A stretch of DNA of 63,818 nt, counting the filler, from Saprolegnia diclina VS20 (lineage: Eukaryota): NCBI RefSeq assembly GCF_000281045.1. It is 4 parts of 2 records of this genome, joined end to end, with 100 filler letters (N's around TTAATTAATTAA, not from the genome) between each part and the next. Parts side by side here need not be neighbours in the genome. Positions count along the whole stretch, not along the records: positions 38,498 to 62,186 come from NW_008246094.1; positions 62,287 to 63,818 come from NW_008246097.1; 2 more parts are not named here. One strand, 5' to 3'. The translations under genes were made by a program, and so were the position numbers. A model generated the notes under the pieces. The model was given only the letters and a program-made list of their open reading frames with translations. It did not search any database and was not told the origin of the DNA. This document shows, one piece after another, positions 60,163-63,818 of the stretch. Within the stretch, counting starts at the first letter, position 1; each line of letters starts with the position of its first letter.

Positions 60163-60660
60163 GGCCGTGTGTCGCGTTGCGGATTGGTCGAGCCATCCGA
60201 TATTCTGATTGGCCTATTTTGATTTTATTTTGAACCAATCCGCGACACCTGCGAGCGATCCACATACCGCGGCCCCGACACCCAAACACGGTGATGAGAG
60301 GTCGGAAAATGATTTCGCTCATACTTGCCATAGGGATAGCAGACATGCTGGGGAGTCTAAAAATCTACCTCGCGTCGCCGTTCGAGACCTACAGCGCAAG
60401 AAATGGACCCTCAACGCGTGGATTTTGAGTTTCAGATTCGGCGTTAGCTTGTGCAGCATATGTGTTGCCAGATGCGCTCTCAAAACAAGCTCTCAAAACA
60501 AACCGGTACAGACCCAGTTAACCTTGCATGCCAGAGCCCATTGAGGAGTGACCTCTCGTGTAGTATATTGCAGCTGCGCAAGTACGTACCCTACATGTAT
60601 ATACTGATAATACATGTACGCGCTGCCATAGACAAGACTCGTCTTTGAAGCAACCACGTG

Positions 60661-61512
60661 TCAATCAAACAGGCTACACGTATTATCTGGGATCGCGCCG
60701 CCAAAATGACGCTCATAAATGTATTCGAGCTCATTGCCGATGGACCAGCGGACGTTCTCCTTGTACCGATTCGCATACTGCTTGATTTTTCGAAGCAAGT
60801 GCTGGCGGCGTTCCCACGTCATGCGGCAACGACACACGGCGTACACCGAGTGGTTGGCCTCAAAGACGCGCCAAGCGACCTCGGACGTACCCTCGGGGGG
60901 CGTCCACCGAATCTCATGTGTGCGTTTGCAGTAGTAGCACGTCTCGTCGTCGCCGTCCGGCGGCAGCTCGAGCCACGGCGACGGAAGCGGCTGCACGAGG
61001 TGGCGCTTCAAGTACGCGTGGCAGCGCCGGCATAAAATGCTCTCAAACTGCTCCTCTTTGGGAAAGAGCCACTGCGTTGGGTTTGCAATTTGCTCATTCG
61101 ACCACACGGACGCCGCTTTGGGATGCGAGGAACTTGACGCAGCAGCGTCCGCGCACAAATTTGCGTCCTTAAGGTGTGGAAGGAGCTGTAGCCGGCTGGA
61201 CGACAGCGTGCGCGGACCAAGCTCGAGGTGGTAGGCGCCGCTCGCGATCGTAAATTTACGCACAAGCGTCGCGGTGCGCGGCGTGCATGGTGCCGCTGCC
61301 AAGTGCGACGAGCCCAAGCGCTGCAGAAGGCGGAGACTGTGCGTCGACCCATGGCCTTTCTCAGCATCGCGCGTGATCGCATGGAAGAGCTTTGGGGTTC
61401 GAAACGGCGCCGACAGCTTGGCCTGCCGCGCGGCTTCTGGAAGGGCAGACACGCTGTGACGTCGTAGCATGGGCAGCGGTGGTCGGTCACTGTCGCTGCC
61501 GCGGCGTTGCAT
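60661..61512 (-). CDS. Hypothetical protein with a WW-like motif
   Basis: 283-aa ORF; PLPSPWLELPPDGDDETCYYCKRTHEIRWTPP. Confidence 0.55.
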   Translation of the reverse strand: MQRRGSDSDRPPLPMLRRHSVSALPEAARQAKLSAPFRTPKLFHAITRDAEKGHGSTHSLRLLQRLGSSHLAAAPCTPRTATLVRKFTIASGAYHLELGPRTLSSSRLQLLPHLKDANLCADAAASSSSHPKAASVWSNEQIANPTQWLFPKEEQFESILCRRCHAYLKRHLVQPLPSPWLELPPDGDDETCYYCKRTHEIRWTPPEGTSEVAWRVFEANHSVYAVCRCRMTWERRQHLLRKIKQYANRYKENVRWSIGNELEYIYERHFGGAIPDNTCSLFD

Positions 61513-61752
61513 GCACTGCAGATGACCCTACACGGATCACTCTATTTTTATAGACATCCGAAGGCTCTATATACACAGTGGTGGCATCATTCAGTGAGCT
61601 CGCTTTTACAGAGTTTTTATCTCGATGGCTCGTCGGATTTGGCTCCACGCCGACATTGTGCAATGACGCAAAGCGTGCACTGGTCACCATATTCTAGGAC
61701 TCGCGGTGAATCGATTCGTAGGCGTGCGTGTTGGCGAGTGGGTGAGCTCGTT

Positions 61753-62186
61753 TCTGTGCTGTCGAAGCACGGCAACTGCTGGTGGCCCTGCTTGCGATCG
61801 AAGCCCAGCTCTGTGACTTGTACTGGAAGATGCGCAAGATTACCAACGTGCATGCGCTCGCGTAGCTAAACACGACCAAATACATCGCATACTTGCAACT
61901 GTTGACGGTGCAGTGCTTCCTACGGCTACGGACGGGATGCCTACCCCCACGATCACGTCCTGCGAGTGAGGCCAAGTAATGGTTCATGTACAGGTCAGTG
62001 AACCCACCGTATCTTGGATACTCATACGGCACCATCGAGGCCGTCAAAGTTAGATGAGGATCGGCGGCATCCGACTAAACGTGGTATATGTGGGTAAGCA
62101 TGGCGTATACCACAAATAAATATTGGACGACGCGTAAATTCTGCTCTGCGCGTCCAACGAGCGCAGGACGTAGCATTTTGTGCTCT
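61753..62186. repeat. Copy 2 of the inverted duplication, running into a gap
   Basis: Matches 57230-57665 in the opposite orientation. Confidence 0.92.
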
Positions 62187-62286
62187 NNNNNNNNNNNNNN
62201 NNNNNNNNNNNNNNNNNNNNNNNNNNNNNNTTAATTAATTAANNNNNNNNNNNNNNNNNNNNNNNNNNNNNNNNNNNNNNNNNNNN

Positions 62287-63795
62287 TCTTGAAGGAGTAT
62301 CTTGTGGTCAGTCAAAGATCACTTTCACCGGCCTCTGCTTGGTGACGACGCTCGAAACACGACCGCTGCGCCACTGCTCGGCTTGTGATACTGGGCCTTC
62401 CTCGCGACCGAGTACATTCTTTCATGGCACTGATACAGTCGATGGCTTGAATGTCGACTAGGTTGGTGTCTGGAAGAACACAGTCGCCACGACGTACGAG
62501 TCCGATCAATACCACGTGGGGACGTGGCAGCACTGGTGGTGTGACGTGGCGGCGCCAGCGACTATTGTCCGGATGATGTATATGGCAGTGATAGCCAAAT
62601 GCAAGAAGCGAAGAAAGGACGATCCCAAATGCTCGTGATGGCCGTCAATTGTTCTTGTGCAAATGCCAAAGTCGCACGTCGAGCTGCCACGTCACACGCA
62701 TCATCCTTCCTTACCAGAGCTGCGGATTGGTGATGCGCTTGGATGATGCACTGAGTTGGGACAAAGGTATCTCCCACGACAACCGGATGGGACATTGTAG
62801 TCCAAACAGCATTCATGCGCTCGAGGGAGATTCCTCTGGAAGGGACAAAGGTATCTTCCATCGACAACCGGATGGGACAATCGAGCACGCGCGGGACCTT
62901 GTCGCGGGCTTGCGGCTACCACCGGCTGGTGCGGGCCTCACATTGGCGCTCCCACGGCACCGTGTTTGATCGCGTCGGGCAACAAGCCTGGCAGATGTTA
63001 CGCTACCTCACGCTCCGGACGTTATGGAATCAACGGTGTCGCAAGATGCACGCTCCTGACGATGAGCTGCCGGACCACAAGCACGTTCGGTACGTTACTT
63101 TGGACTATTGCGAGGCGCAACGCCAGTACCACACTCGACGCCACCAAGCACTCCGAGCTCGTGTCTTCGAGTCGCTCGTGCAGCAACACGGCGAGCGCGT
63201 TGTTCTCGACCCGGTGTGCCACATGACCTCGCTTGCGGGGGTCGCGTACTTTGATGGCGCGGCTCGGAAAGACCCGCATTGTGGCGGTAGTGGCTCGCTC
63301 GTCTTTTTGATCGAGTCGCCCAAGAGCGTGATGCACCAAGCCAACTACCTTGATACAACGAACAACGAGGCCGAGTACGACGGTCTGATCACGGCGCTCC
63401 AGCTAGCTCAGCGACTGGCAGTGACGCATCTCACCGTGCGCGGCGACAGCATGCTGCTGATGCAGCAGATGAAGGGCATCTACCGGGTCCAAGAGGCTCG
63501 TTTGCAGAAGCTGCATGTCCAGGCGCGGGAGCTCGCGGCATGTTTTACGTGCACATGGGAACACCACCCTCGCGAGTTCAACCAAGCCACGGATCATTTG
63601 TCCAAGCTCGCACCCGACGACTGCACCTCGTACGCGCATCCCGACGACGGACGGCACGATTTACTGCCGGCCGAGGAACTCCTGCACGTTGAAGAGCTTT
63701 TGGCCGCCGACGTTCAACACACAACTAGTACGTAAGTTTTAGTAGGTGGAGTCTTTAGTCTGTATAAAGATTTCAATCCATATCATATCATATCA
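62287..63795 (+). mobile_element. 3' end of a degenerate non-LTR retrotransposon with archaeal-like RNase H and a (CATAT)3 tail
   Basis: AWQMLRYLTLRTLWNQRC, then YFDGAARKDP..GGSG..TTNNEAEY..GDSMLL..HHPREFNQATDHLS; stop at 63735; short tandem tail 63779-63795. Upstream frames contain stops. Confidence 0.8.
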
Positions 63796-63818
63796 CAACC
63801 TCGACGCGCGATCGTCAA

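Noticed and set aside
1..63818. CRISPR arrays, rRNA or tRNA genes, prokaryotic operons or defence systems
   Set aside because: None seen by eye, and the window is intron-containing eukaryotic DNA. tRNAscan/Infernal would be needed to exclude small RNAs.

Overview
Gene-dense, GC-rich eukaryotic DNA with many tiny (about 40-55 nt) GT..TAG introns. Gene content and TE types point to an oomycete, most plausibly Saprolegniales (inference). About 22 protein-coding genes can be read: ATX1, a giant membrane calpain, a four-copy coiled-coil/START-like family, PRP6, TFIIIC-delta, CtIP/Sae2, GPN3, ArfGAP, LPA1-like, glutaminyl cyclase, ROK kinase, an RRM protein, EndoG, a FAAP100-like gene and others. 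There is also a decayed PIF/Harbinger element, two non-LTR retrotransposon pieces, several duplications and five assembly gaps. The standout is 54229-56979: one intronless ORF fusing a secreted CotA/bilirubin-oxidase-type multicopper oxidase (all copper ligands intact) to a full GufA/ZupT-type ZIP metal transporter, a candidate single-chain oxidase-permease. Two other unusual architectures are present. One is a signal peptide-C2-multi-TM-calpain-WW protein with its catalytic Cys and His replaced. The other is a polytopic membrane protein built from a ~140-aa repeat with a C-terminal F-box. Exon boundaries were read by eye and no database search was run.
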